The notes: generated from the letters alone by a model not told the origin. DNA of 64,000 bases from Dehalococcoidia bacterium (GCA_030648205.1 JAUSIH010000006.1:1357-65356), one strand, 5' to 3'. Counted from the stretch's first letter, positions 18,206 through 27,418 are shown. Made by a program: numbers and translations.

Positions 18206-19060
18206 TTACGCCGGCCTCGCGGGGGCCTTCTCCTGCTCCGCGCCGGGCGCCGCCTGCGGGTTCTTCAGCCGACCGTCCCACGTGTACTTGGCCGTGTAGC
18301 CGCGCGGCGTCACCATCTTCCCCTCGAACGTGAACGTGTTCGAGTTGCCGATGACCAGCGTCGTCAGCATCCCTATCTCGTGGTCGAGCATGTGGTCCAG
18401 GTCGGTCAGCACGATGCGCTGTCCCGCCCGGTAGGCGCTCTTGATGACGCCCACCGGCGTCGCGCCCGCGCGGTACGTCCGCACGATCTTCTGCGTCTCA
18501 ATAATCTCCTGCGTGCGCCGCCCGCTCTTGGGGTTGTACAGGCCGATGACGAAGTCGGCGGCGGCTACGGCCTCGATGCGCCGCGCGATGACCGGCCACG
18601 GCGTCAGCAGGGTGCTGAGGCTGATGGCGGCGAAGTCGTGGACCAGCGGCGCGCCCAGCAGCGCGGCGCATGCGCTGAGGGCCGTCACGCCCGGCACCAC
18701 CTCGATCTCGATGCCACGCTCCGGGGTCCATCCGCGCTGTTGCAGCACCTCCCAGACAAGGCCCGCCATGCCGTAGATGCCCGAGTCGCCGCTGGAGACG
18801 ATGGCGACGGTCTTGCCCTGCTCCGCCAGGTCAATGGTGGTGCTGGCGCGGGCCATCTCCTCCTGCATCCCCGTGCGGATGACCTCCTTGCCCTCCAGCA
18901 GGTCGGCCACAAGGTTGATGTACGTGTCGTAGCCGACGACGGCGTCGGCCTCCACGATGGCCTGGCGCGCGCGATAGGTCATGTGCTCGGGAGCGCCCGG
19001 CCCGAACCCGACGATGTATAGCTTACCGCGCTTTTTGGGCGCGGCGTGTGTGTCTGACAT
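18206..19060 (-). CDS. cbiH: precorrin-3B / cobalt-factor III C17-methyltransferase
   Basis: KLYIVGFGPGAPEHMT..AVVGYDTY is the tetrapyrrole methylase signature. The gene is adjacent to cbiG. Confidence 0.9.
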   Translation of the reverse strand: MSDTHAAPKKRGKLYIVGFGPGAPEHMTYRARQAIVEADAVVGYDTYINLVADLLEGKEVIRTGMQEEMARASTTIDLAEQGKTVAIVSSGDSGIYGMAGLVWEVLQQRGWTPERGIEIEVVPGVTALSACAALLGAPLVHDFAAISLSTLLTPWPVIARRIEAVAAADFVIGLYNPKSGRRTQEIIETQKIVRTYRAGATPVGVIKSAYRAGQRIVLTDLDHMLDHEIGMLTTLVIGNSNTFTFEGKMVTPRGYTAKYTWDGRLKNPQAAPGAEQEKAPARPA

Positions 19061-19182
19061 ATGCTCCCTCCCATGATATGGATTGCCTCATCCCCCGGCC
19101 CCCCGGCGGGGAACCTGGGTTCCCCGCACCCTCCTGATGCCATTCTATCCCGTTGGCGTAATCGCCCGCGTGATCCGTCGGG

Positions 19183-20316
19183 CTATTTGCCTTTGCTGAA
19201 CTCCATCCGCGCGACGGCCACGGTGACGCTGGTTGTCTTGCGCTTGCTCACCAGCAGACGCCGCGCGCCTGCGCTCAGCAGCGCGGCGGGCTCGCAGACG
19301 CCCTTGGCGCCCACGGCCGCCAGCGCCGCCTTCGACTCGCTCTCCACGCCCTCGACGGCGTTCAACTGCTCAGCGGTGTAGTAAACGATGGGCACGCCCA
19401 GGCGTCGCGCGACCTCCTCTAGGCCCGGCTCGCCGCGCTTGGCGTCAATGCTCGCCAGGTTGCGCACGCTCTTGACCGACAGGCCCGCGTCTTGAAGCGT
19501 CTGCCGGACGAGGCGCTCGATGTCGTCGGCGGCAGCGCCCTTCTTGCACCCGACGCCGACGGCCAGGCTCCGGGGCCGGTACACAACCGCCTTTTTGAAA
19601 AGCGCGGCGTAGCTTTCGTCCAATAGCCGGTCGGTGACGATGAGCGCCGCGTTCGGGTTGGCCGCGGCCAGCTCGTCGAGCGTGGCGTACACGCGGATGC
19701 TGGCGGGCAGCGGCTTGCCCGCGGGCCACCAGTCGGACTCGCCCGTCTCCACGAGCACGCCCACCGGCTCCTCGTTGACCACCGCCGCGCTCACCTGCGT
19801 CACGTGGGCATCGCTCTCCATGCGCCAGCCGAGGTCGCGCCCGAAGAGGTCCACGGCGATGGTCCCGCCCACGTCCGACGCGGTGGTAATCACGGGCTGC
19901 GCGCCCAGCAGGTCGGCGACGCGCCGGGCCAAGGCGTTGGCGCCGCCCATGTGGCCGGACAGCACGCTGATGGCGAAGCGCCCGCGGTCGTCCACGACGA
20001 CGACGCCCGGGTCGTAGCGCTTGTCCTTGAGGTGGCCCGCCAGCATGCGCACGACCGCGCCCAGGGAGATGAACAGGACCAGGTTATCGTAGCTGGTGAA
20101 AAGCTCGCCGAGCTTCTCGCTTACCTTCTCATTGAACAGCGTGGCGCGGTCGCCGCTCACCTGCGAGGCGAACTTGTCCGGGATGAAGAGGTCGGCGCCG
20201 GGCAGCAGGTCGCGGAGCCTCTGGGAGAGCGCGGCGCTGTGCTTCGTAATTGCCATCACCGCGACGCGCGGCCCGCCGCTCGCATGCGCGGCTTGCTGTG
20301 GCTCGCTCGTAGTCAC
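19183..20316 (-). CDS. cbiG: cobalt-precorrin-5A hydrolase CbiG
   Basis: The N-terminal, middle and C-terminal (SIDAKRGEPGL..LGVPI) regions are CbiG-like. Confidence 0.85.
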   Translation of the reverse strand: MTTSEPQQAAHASGGPRVAVMAITKHSAALSQRLRDLLPGADLFIPDKFASQVSGDRATLFNEKVSEKLGELFTSYDNLVLFISLGAVVRMLAGHLKDKRYDPGVVVVDDRGRFAISVLSGHMGGANALARRVADLLGAQPVITTASDVGGTIAVDLFGRDLGWRMESDAHVTQVSAAVVNEEPVGVLVETGESDWWPAGKPLPASIRVYATLDELAAANPNAALIVTDRLLDESYAALFKKAVVYRPRSLAVGVGCKKGAAADDIERLVRQTLQDAGLSVKSVRNLASIDAKRGEPGLEEVARRLGVPIVYYTAEQLNAVEGVESESKAALAAVGAKGVCEPAALLSAGARRLLVSKRKTTSVTVAVARMEFSKGK

Positions 20317-20318
20317 AA

Positions 20319-21356
20319 TCAGTACCCCATGTCGGGCCGCACGGGGTTCCGCAGCGGCTCGCCCGCCATATAGCGGCGGATGTTGTCCAGAAGGATGGCC
20401 GCCACAAGGTCGTCGTGGCTCACCGTGGCCCCCGCCATGTGCGGCGTCACAATCACGTTGGGCATGCTCCAGAGCGGATTGTCCGGCGCGGGCGGCTCCT
20501 CTTCAAAAACGTCCAGCCCTGCTCCGACTATTCGTCCCTCCTGCAGGGCGCGAATGAGCGCAGGTTCGTCAATGAGCGAGCCGCGCCCCACGTTCACGAT
20601 GTAAGCGGTCGGCTTGAGCGCGCGCAGCTCCCGCTCGCCGATGATGTGGCGCGTCTCCGGCGTGGACGGCAGCGTGATCGCCACGAAGTCGCATTGGGCC
20701 AGCATCTCATGGAGTTGGTCTGGCGGGAACATCTCGTCGGTAAAGCCGTCGTCGCCTGGCCCGCGGCGCGCGCAGGAGCGGCGCGTCGCCAGCACGCGCA
20801 TCCCGAATGCCTTGCACAGGCGCGCCGTCGCCGAGCCGATGTTCCCCAGCCCCAGGACGCCGATAGTCCTGCCCGCCAGGTCTCCCACGTCACGTCGTTC
20901 CCACCGCTTCCGCCGCTGGTTCTCCTCCAGCGCGCGGGTCTGCTTGGCGAGCATCAGCATCAGCGTGACCACCCACTCGGCGATGGGCACGGCCAGCGCG
21001 CCGCGACTGTTCGTCAGCAGCAGGCTGCCGTCGTGGATGTCGCTGCCCTGCGTCAGGTCAATGCCCGTCCCGCCAAAGTGTATCCAGCGCAGCTTCGGCG
21101 CGTGCGCCTTCAGGTCGAGGGGGATGTACTGCAGGGAATAGATAATCTCCGCCTCGGCCAGGCTCTTGTTGAGCCGCTGGCTTGCCGCCTCCCATGCCGC
21201 CCCCGCAACGGGGGGAATGGTCTTGAATCCCGCCACCAGCGTCCAGTCGGCGCTGGCGTCCACGACGCGCAGGGCCGGGTGGTCTCGTCGTATCCGTTCG
21301 ATGGTCGCGTCGCTGATGCTCAGGCGTGTGCCCAGGACGAGCGTGCGTTGCTTCAT
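20319..21356 (-). CDS. D-2-hydroxyacid dehydrogenase family, NAD-binding
   Basis: GVLGLGNIGSATARL is a Rossmann motif. VNVGRG..D and the catalytic PH are present. Confidence 0.9.
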   Translation of the reverse strand: MKQRTLVLGTRLSISDATIERIRRDHPALRVVDASADWTLVAGFKTIPPVAGAAWEAASQRLNKSLAEAEIIYSLQYIPLDLKAHAPKLRWIHFGGTGIDLTQGSDIHDGSLLLTNSRGALAVPIAEWVVTLMLMLAKQTRALEENQRRKRWERRDVGDLAGRTIGVLGLGNIGSATARLCKAFGMRVLATRRSCARRGPGDDGFTDEMFPPDQLHEMLAQCDFVAITLPSTPETRHIIGERELRALKPTAYIVNVGRGSLIDEPALIRALQEGRIVGAGLDVFEEEPPAPDNPLWSMPNVIVTPHMAGATVSHDDLVAAILLDNIRRYMAGEPLRNPVRPDMGY

Positions 21357-21515
21357 GCATTTCCTCGAAAAGCAGGCTAATGGGTAGAGGGTAGCGCGAT
21401 GCGTGCTGTGCGGTCAAGCGGGTCCGCCGGACACGGGCAGAAGCGGGCGCATCGCGAGAACTTGGGGGTGTTGCACGGCCAAACACGTACTGAAAGTGAT
21501 GGTGGCGTGAGCATT
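21263..21515. repeat. segmental duplication, copy 1 (promoter + 5' UTR + first ~31 codons of the dehydrogenase)
   Basis: Aligns with 22833..23150. Copy 2 carries an extra ~65-nt insert. Confidence 0.8.
21388..21417 (-). promoter_or_regulatory. promoter TTGACC-18-TACCCT
   Basis: Minus strand reads TTGACCgcacagcacgcatcgcgcTACCCT, 31 nt upstream of ATG 21356. Confidence 0.5.
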
Positions 21516-21624
21516 CGGAGCGCCATCGAGGCGATCGCATTCCGCCTAAGGCTGCGGAACCCCGCCTTGCCCTCTGTCGTCACAGGGCCTTAGGCACGCG
21601 TAGCGCATGCGCCCAAAGCGTCCG

Positions 21625-22227
21625 CTAGGTAGGCGAATTCAGCAAGGTGTGCAGATTCTTCCAACCTCGGCGCGACTGCTTGGCCTGCGCCGCCGGACTT
21701 CGGCTCACCGCGCGAGCTTGCTCGATGTCGAGCGCAGGTGACACTCGCAGAGAAACGAACGTCGGCCCAGGCGCGAGCAGGAGGTCGTTCATCGCCAGGT
21801 CCAGCGACTCCACATCCTCGAATGCGTGTACGTTCCGGTATCCCGTTGCGCGCGCAATGTCCACCAGCGTATTCGGACGGTCGCTGCCGGAGACCGGCTG
21901 TCCGCCCGTCAGGTTGTAAACGCCGTTCTCGAACACCACGTGGACAAGGTTCGGAGGCGCCTCCTGCCCCACCGTCACCAGCACGCCCAGGTTCATGCGC
22001 AGGCTGCCGTCGCCGTCCAAAACGATGACGCGCAGATCAGGCCGCCCAAGCGCGACGCCAAGACCGATGCTCGGCGCGCTGCCCATGGGCGCAGTGTGCG
22101 TGAAGTCGCGAGACGAGCGGCTGTATTGAGGCCAAAGACTCCCCGCTGTCATCGTCGCGATGACGACCTCATCAGTCCTGTGACGATCGATGATCTCCAG
22201 CGCCTGGGCCGTGGTCATGCGTGACAT
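21625..22227 (-). CDS. ThDP-dependent decarboxylase, beta subunit (sulfopyruvate/phosphonopyruvate decarboxylase-like)
   Basis: LDGDGSLRMNLGVLVTV..N is the ThDP-binding GDG-x(n)-N motif. About 200 aa, typical of ComE-like subunits. Confidence 0.8.
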   Translation of the reverse strand: MSRMTTAQALEIIDRHRTDEVVIATMTAGSLWPQYSRSSRDFTHTAPMGSAPSIGLGVALGRPDLRVIVLDGDGSLRMNLGVLVTVGQEAPPNLVHVVFENGVYNLTGGQPVSGSDRPNTLVDIARATGYRNVHAFEDVESLDLAMNDLLLAPGPTFVSLRVSPALDIEQARAVSRSPAAQAKQSRRGWKNLHTLLNSPT

Positions 22228-22237
22228 GTTGCGCCTC

Positions 22238-22771
22238 CTAGGGCAGTTCGCCGAGCAGGGCCACGGGCCGCGACTCGGCGGTGGCCTGCTGCACCGCGCG
22301 GCGTACGAATTGCACGTCGTCCGGTTTGTCTATCGTGTAGTGCGGAACGTCAATGGCCTGCAGTATCTTCTCTGTCCACTGGCCCGCCAGTATGATCTGC
22401 GAGGCCGCGTCGCCCCGGCGGGCCCGCAGTTCCTCCTCGAAGCCGGGCCGCGCTCTACCAGCATAGCCGATGAACATGAGCAGAGGTGTTCGCAGGTCCA
22501 CCGCCAGAACACGAAATGTGTCCAGGGACTCGAAGAAGCCGAAGTTCTTAACGCAGTAGAGCGGCTGGTGTCCTGTCAGGTGCAGCCCCGCGCAAATGCC
22601 CACCGCCTCTCCCTCGCGACAGGCCGTAATCACCTTCGCGTCCTTGGCCTCGACGAAGCATTGCCAGAGAGCGGCAGTCTCTCGGTCCGGCACGCCGACC
22701 ACGTGGCGGATGCCGCAGGCGCGTAGCTCTTGGTACACCAGGCGGGCCAGGTCTTTCGAAGGTATGGACAA
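22238..22771 (-). CDS. ThDP-dependent decarboxylase, alpha subunit (ComD-like pyrimidine-binding domain)
   Basis: TTG start with an AAGGAGG RBS 6 nt upstream. GIRHVVGVPD..ACREGEAVGICAG is the ThDP N-terminal domain pattern. Confidence 0.8.
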   Translation of the reverse strand: MSIPSKDLARLVYQELRACGIRHVVGVPDRETAALWQCFVEAKDAKVITACREGEAVGICAGLHLTGHQPLYCVKNFGFFESLDTFRVLAVDLRTPLLMFIGYAGRARPGFEEELRARRGDAASQIILAGQWTEKILQAIDVPHYTIDKPDDVQFVRRAVQQATAESRPVALLGELP

Positions 22772-22804
22772 CGTGTACCTCCTTCCGCAATTATCGTGCG
22801 CTTC

Positions 22805-22927
22805 CTACCGTGTCCGCGGCCGCGGGTCTATGACGTCGCGCAGGGCCGGGTGGTCCCGCCGTATCCGTTCGACTGTGGCGTCGCTGATGCTCAGGCGTGT
22901 GCCCAAGACGAGCGTGCGTTGATTCAT
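22805..22927 (-). pseudogene. duplicated 5' fragment (40 codons) of the D-2-hydroxyacid dehydrogenase gene
   Basis: MNQRTLVLGTRLSISDATVERIRRDHPALRDV.. compares with MKQRTLVLGTRLSISDATIERIRRDHPALRVV.. of the gene at 21356. It stops after 40 codons. Confidence 0.75.
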
Positions 22928-23150
22928 GCATTTCCTCGAAAAGCAGGCTAATGGGTAGATGGTAGCGCGATGCGTGCTGTGCGGTCAAGCGGGACGTACG
23001 CGGGCCGCCGGACGTGGCTGCTGACGAGTCCAATGTGGGTGCATGAAACGCCGTGAAGCTGTGCCGTGACTGTGCAACAGGCGTGGCGGCGACGAGGGCT
23101 GGGGGTGTCTCACGATCAAACATTTACCGAAAGTGATGGCTGGCGTTGTT
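22833..23150. repeat. segmental duplication, copy 2
   Basis: Aligns with 21263..21515. Confidence 0.8.
22959..22988 (-). promoter_or_regulatory. promoter TTGACC-18-TACCAT (duplicate of 21388..21417)
   Basis: Same sequence context as copy 1, with a better -10 hexamer. Confidence 0.5.
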
Positions 23151-23499
23151 GGCTTCCGGGAATGATAGCGCATACATTGGTGTGGGTGCTCCGGCTCCCT
23201 TTCCTCCAGCGGCGCCCTGGGTTGCGGCCCAAGGCGCCGCTTCGTATCTATGGCCTCAGCACGGCGCGCGGGGCCGGGTCCTTTTCGCGTTGGGCTTCGT
23301 ACCGCCCGGCCCGTGTGCCCGCGTCCGTCTGACCGGTTATCCCAAGACCAGGGCATGGCTTAGCGCTCTCTGTCGAAATGGGTAGGTCTGGCTGGAGGCG
23401 TGCGTCGCGAGCGTGCCGTCGGGACGTGACGATGCGACGAGGTGAGCCGCGTCTTGCCGCGGTGGGGAACTCAGGTATGTAGTGGACGAGTACAGGCCC

Positions 23500-23528
23500 T
23501 TGACGCACGCGGCCCCCGATAGTAGTGT
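23500..23528 (+). promoter_or_regulatory. promoter TTGACG-17-TAGTGT of the CitE-like gene
   Basis: Read directly. The -10 overlaps the left arm of the palindrome. Confidence 0.45.
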
Positions 23529-23554
23529 AGGGTGCGCCGGGCGCACCCTACACT
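23524..23554. promoter_or_regulatory. perfect 31-bp palindrome (15-bp arms), operator-like
   Basis: AGTGTAGGGTGCGCC-G-GGCGCACCCTACACT. It spans the -10 to about +20 and ends 1 nt before the AAGGAGG RBS. Confidence 0.5.
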
Positions 23555-23567
23555 TAAGGAGGCTGTC

Positions 23568-24464
23568 ATGCCCATTGATCCCAAGCCGCTCCGCTCCGTG
23601 CTGTACGTCCCCGGCAACAAGCCGGAATGGATGCGCAAGGCGCCCAAGTACGGCGCCGACGGGCTTGTCTTCGACCTGGAGGACTCGGTCCCGCCCGTCG
23701 AACGGCCCGCCGCCCGCAAGTTCGTGCGGGAGGCCCTGCGGGAGATGGGCGCGGAGCACACGCTGCTCGTGCGGGTGAACGGCATTGACACGGGCACGAC
23801 CGCCGACGACCTTGAGGCCGTGGTCTGCAAGGGCCTGTACGCGGTCTTCCTGCCCAAGGCGCGCGGGCCGGAGGACGTGGTGGAGCTGGACGTGCTACTG
23901 TCCACCTTCGAGCGGCGCGCGGGCGTCGAGGTGGGCCGGACGATCATCGTGCCGGGGCTGGAGACGGCGCGAGCCATGCGCGAAGCCTACGAGGTGTTCA
24001 CGGCGTCCAAACGGGTGGAGAACTGCGGGGCCGTCGTCTCGAACGGCGGCGACATCGCGAAGGCGCTGAGCCTCATGTGGACGCGGGACGCGAAGGAGAG
24101 CCTCTTCCTGCGCTCCAAGATCCTGCTGGACGCCCGCGCCGCGGGGACACGCTACCCCATGGGCGGCCTCTGGACGGACATCAAGGACCTGGACGGCCTG
24201 CGCGCCTTCGCCACGGAGATGCGGCACATCGGCTACACGGGGCTGCGGCTCATCCATCCCTCGCATGTGGCCGTGGTGAACGAGGTCTTCTCGCCCACCC
24301 CGGAGGAGATCGCCTACTGGCGGGGGCTGGTGGAGGCGCTTTCCGAGGCGGAGAAGCGCGGCACCACGGCCATCACGTACAAGGGCGACATGGTGGACAC
24401 GGCGATGGTCCGCACGGGCACGCAGACGCTGGAGTTGGCGCGGAAGCTGGGGCTGATCAAGTAG
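23568..24464 (+). CDS. HpcH/HpaI aldolase / CitE-like acyl-CoA lyase family
   Basis: RSVLYVPGN..GADGLVFDLEDSV is the CitE/HpcH N-terminal signature. AAGGAGG RBS. Confidence 0.85.
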   Translation: MPIDPKPLRSVLYVPGNKPEWMRKAPKYGADGLVFDLEDSVPPVERPAARKFVREALREMGAEHTLLVRVNGIDTGTTADDLEAVVCKGLYAVFLPKARGPEDVVELDVLLSTFERRAGVEVGRTIIVPGLETARAMREAYEVFTASKRVENCGAVVSNGGDIAKALSLMWTRDAKESLFLRSKILLDARAAGTRYPMGGLWTDIKDLDGLRAFATEMRHIGYTGLRLIHPSHVAVVNEVFSPTPEEIAYWRGLVEALSEAEKRGTTAITYKGDMVDTAMVRTGTQTLELARKLGLIK

Positions 24465-24491
24465 CCCCAGGACACCCATGCGCGGGGCCTG

Positions 24492-24710
24492 TTACCTGAA
24501 CAGCGCCTTCGGCCAGAAATACTCGTTCTTCTGCCAGTCCTGGATGCGTGCCCAGACGCCCTTGTCGTCCACGTGGTACACCATGCGCCCGTCCAGCACG
24601 TTCTGCCTGGCGGCCCACGCCTTGCGGGCGTTCTTGAAGTGGGCGGGCATGACCGCCTCGTCGGACGCGTCCATCTCGATGCACTTGATGGCCGAGTTGT
24701 ATGTTCCCAT
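24492..24710 (-). CDS. hypothetical small protein (72 aa)
   Basis: ATG with a GAGGTGA RBS. No recognisable motif. Confidence 0.45.
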   Translation of the reverse strand: MGTYNSAIKCIEMDASDEAVMPAHFKNARKAWAARQNVLDGRMVYHVDDKGVWARIQDWQKNEYFWPKALFR

Positions 24711-24808
24711 GGCGTTCACCTCAATAGCCCGCACAGGACGGGCGATATTCTATGGATGGCGGCGCTTGCTTGCGTGGATACCTCACCCCCTTCTCCCTTC
24801 GGCTCCGC

Positions 24809-26122
24809 TCAGGGCGGTTGTTTAGGTGCTTCACTGTTTTCATACGCCTTCGCAAGCAGGTCGATGATGTGCATGACGCGGACGATCGATTTACGTTCCG
24901 CCAGGCCCGCCTGCATGTGCAGGAGACACCCCGGATTCGCGGTGACGATCACATCGGGGCGCGTGTCCAGCGCGCAGTCCAGCTTGCGCTCGCGCAGAGT
25001 GGACCCCATTCGGGGCTGAGTCAGGTTGTAGATGCCCGCGCTGCCGCAGCACAGGGCGCTCTCTCGCATCTCCACCAACTCCAGCCCGGGAATGCTCTGG
25101 AGCAGCCGCCGCGGCGCCGCCGTGATGCGCTGGGCGCTGGCCAGATGGCAGGCGTCCTGGTAGGCGGCGCGTATGTCCATGCGCTCCGGCGCTGGCCGGT
25201 CCGGCAGGGAGTCCAGGTACTCCGTCACGTCCCGCACCCGCGCGCTGAAACGCCGCGCCCGCTCACGCCAGGCCGCGTCGTCCTCGAACAGCTCGGGGTA
25301 CTTCTTCAGCATGTTGCCGCATCCCGCCGCATTCACAACGATGGCGTCGGCGGGCGAACGCTCGAATGCGGCGATGTTCCGTTGCGCCAGGCGTCGCGCG
25401 CGCGCCACGTCGCCGGCGTGGGCGTGCAGCGCGCCGCAGCAGCCCTGGCCGTCGGTCGCCTCCACGCTGCGCCCGCACCGCATCAGCACGTCGACTGTGC
25501 GACGGTCGGTGTCGGCGAACAGGGTGCTCATGACGCACCCGGCGAAGAGGGCGGCCCGGGGCTTCCCCTGGCCCCACTCTTGCCCTCGCGGCACGAGGAA
25601 GTGCGTGGGGACGGGCGGCGTCAGGGCGTCGGCGGCGGCCAGGCCCAGGAGTCGCAGGAGTCCCGTGGCGCGCGCTGCGGTCTGGATGCCCGAGCGCTGG
25701 TAGAAGCGCAGCAGCCCTGCGGCGGCGCGGAAGAGTCCCATGCGGGGGAACACCCATGCCAGGGCAAGACGGCCCGCCACGGGCGGACGGGAGACTCGCG
25801 GCGCATCCGAGCGCAACGCGATTTGTATCTCCTCCATGCGGACGCCGGTGGGACAGATGGCGGTACACGCCTCGCAGACCAGGCAGCTCGCCTCGTGGCG
25901 GCGCAGGTCGGACGTGACCGGCAGGTGGCCTTCAGCCAGAGCGCGGGCCATGGCGATGCGTCCGCGCGGCGACTCCTCTTCCAGCATGGTCGCCTGATAC
26001 GTGGGGCACACGGAGAGACAGAGGCCACACCGGATGCAGGCCAGCATGTTGTCGTACTGGCCTGTCAACGCGTCCTGTGTGCTCCGCCTTGCGGAGGCGT
26101 GGGCCTGTTGCGCTATCTCCAT
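24809..26122 (-). CDS. glcF: (Fe-S)-binding protein, glycolate oxidase GlcF-like
   Basis: Two 4Fe-4S motifs (CIRCGLCLSVCP, CLVCEACTAICP) and two CCG motifs (GCCGA, LCCGS). No glcD/glcE is adjacent. Confidence 0.8.
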   Translation of the reverse strand: MEIAQQAHASARRSTQDALTGQYDNMLACIRCGLCLSVCPTYQATMLEEESPRGRIAMARALAEGHLPVTSDLRRHEASCLVCEACTAICPTGVRMEEIQIALRSDAPRVSRPPVAGRLALAWVFPRMGLFRAAAGLLRFYQRSGIQTAARATGLLRLLGLAAADALTPPVPTHFLVPRGQEWGQGKPRAALFAGCVMSTLFADTDRRTVDVLMRCGRSVEATDGQGCCGALHAHAGDVARARRLAQRNIAAFERSPADAIVVNAAGCGNMLKKYPELFEDDAAWRERARRFSARVRDVTEYLDSLPDRPAPERMDIRAAYQDACHLASAQRITAAPRRLLQSIPGLELVEMRESALCCGSAGIYNLTQPRMGSTLRERKLDCALDTRPDVIVTANPGCLLHMQAGLAERKSIVRVMHIIDLLAKAYENSEAPKQPP

Positions 26123-26133
26123 ACGATAGTCTC

Positions 26134-26142
26134 ATGATAGCA
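26134..26142 (-). promoter_or_regulatory. extended -10 TGcTATCAT, 11 nt upstream of the ATG (near-leaderless)
   Basis: Minus strand reads gcgTGcTATCATgagactatcgtATG. Confidence 0.4.
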
Positions 26143-26386
26143 CGCTCAGGGCGTCTGGCGATGCATTGATAGAGAAGACCGCGCGCAGTGAGGGAGCTGA
26201 TACCAACCAAAAACATCAATTTTGCAAAGCGCTGAAGGCGTTCACATGCATTTGAAGAGTGAAATCGTACTATAAGTCGTGAAGTGTTCGCCGGAAGACT
26301 CGGAATCCGGCCTTGTGCTATCACCAGTCTTTTGGTAGGATTTGCCACACTGCCGGATAATCGCGAATGATTAGTGGGGAGGGCTT

Positions 26387-27370
26387 GTGCGTCAGATGGG
26401 GAAGTTGCCCGCCGAAGGAGACGGCGCCACGATCATCGTGGCCGACGATAGCGCCGCCCATCGGACGCGTCTTCAGAGCATTCTGACGTTGGCGGGATAC
26501 CAGGTCCTGACCGCGCGGGACGGCCAGGAGGCCCTGGACCTGGCGTTCAGCAGGACTCCCGACCTCGTCCTTCTGGACGTGGCCATGCCCCGGCTGTCCG
26601 GCCTGGAGGTCTGCAAGCGGCTCCGCCAGGCGCCCCAGTTCCGCGAGACCCCTGTCGTGCTTGTCACACCCCGCTACGGACCGGTGAGCAAGGTCGAAAG
26701 CATTGAGGCGGACTGCGACGACCTGCTGACCAAGCCCGTGGACGCGGTCGAACTGGTGGCGCGCGTACGGTCGCTCCTGCGGCTCCGCCGTCTGCGAGAG
26801 GACCTGACGCGCACGGAGCGCATCGTCCTCGTCCTGGCGCGCGCCGTCGAGGCGAAGACTCCGGATATCCAGGGACATCTGGAGCGGATCGCCTCCTATG
26901 CCGAGATGCTGGGCCGGGAGGTGGGCCTCTCCGGGCGTTCGCTCCGGGAGATGCGCTTCGGAATGTTGCTGCACGACATCGGGAAGATTGGTGTCCCCGA
27001 TGCCATTCTGGAGAAGGCGGGCGCCCTCACGCCGGAGGAGTATGAGGTGGTCAAGCGGCATCCTGCCGTGGGCTTCGACATCTGCCGGCCTCTGGTGGAC
27101 AATCCGCTGGTGCTGGACGCCATCCGGCATCACCACGAGCGATGGGACGGCAAGGGCTATCCGGACGGTTTGAAGGGCGATGCCATTCCGATGGTTGCCC
27201 GAATCACGACCGTCGTGGACTCGTATGATGCCATGACCAGCGACCGCTCGTACCAGCAGGCCCGAACACAGGGCCTGGCGCTGGCGGAACTCCGCAGCCA
27301 GGCGGGCCGCCAGTTTGACCCGGCGCTCGTTGACGCCTTCCGCCGTGCGATAGAGCAACAGAAGCGGTAG
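26387..27370 (+). CDS. response regulator with HD-GYP phosphodiesterase domain
   Basis: REC domain (IIVADD..DLVLLDVAMP) followed by HDIGK..HHERWDGKGYPDGL. Confidence 0.9.
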   Translation: MRQMGKLPAEGDGATIIVADDSAAHRTRLQSILTLAGYQVLTARDGQEALDLAFSRTPDLVLLDVAMPRLSGLEVCKRLRQAPQFRETPVVLVTPRYGPVSKVESIEADCDDLLTKPVDAVELVARVRSLLRLRRLREDLTRTERIVLVLARAVEAKTPDIQGHLERIASYAEMLGREVGLSGRSLREMRFGMLLHDIGKIGVPDAILEKAGALTPEEYEVVKRHPAVGFDICRPLVDNPLVLDAIRHHHERWDGKGYPDGLKGDAIPMVARITTVVDSYDAMTSDRSYQQARTQGLALAELRSQAGRQFDPALVDAFRRAIEQQKR

Positions 27371-27418
27371 CGGGCAGCCGCCGGGGCGTGGCCTGGAGCC
27401 TGTCCGATACTCGCCGCC

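Noticed and set aside
21357-21624. Possible cobalamin riboswitch upstream of the dehydrogenase-cbiG-cbiH string (and in its duplicate at 22928-23200).
   Set aside because: I read the minus strand for the B12 box and the GCCACTG core. Only a weak resemblance was found (GGACCCGCTTGACCGCACAG). The predicted promoter leaves only a ~30-nt leader. A cmsearch would be decisive.
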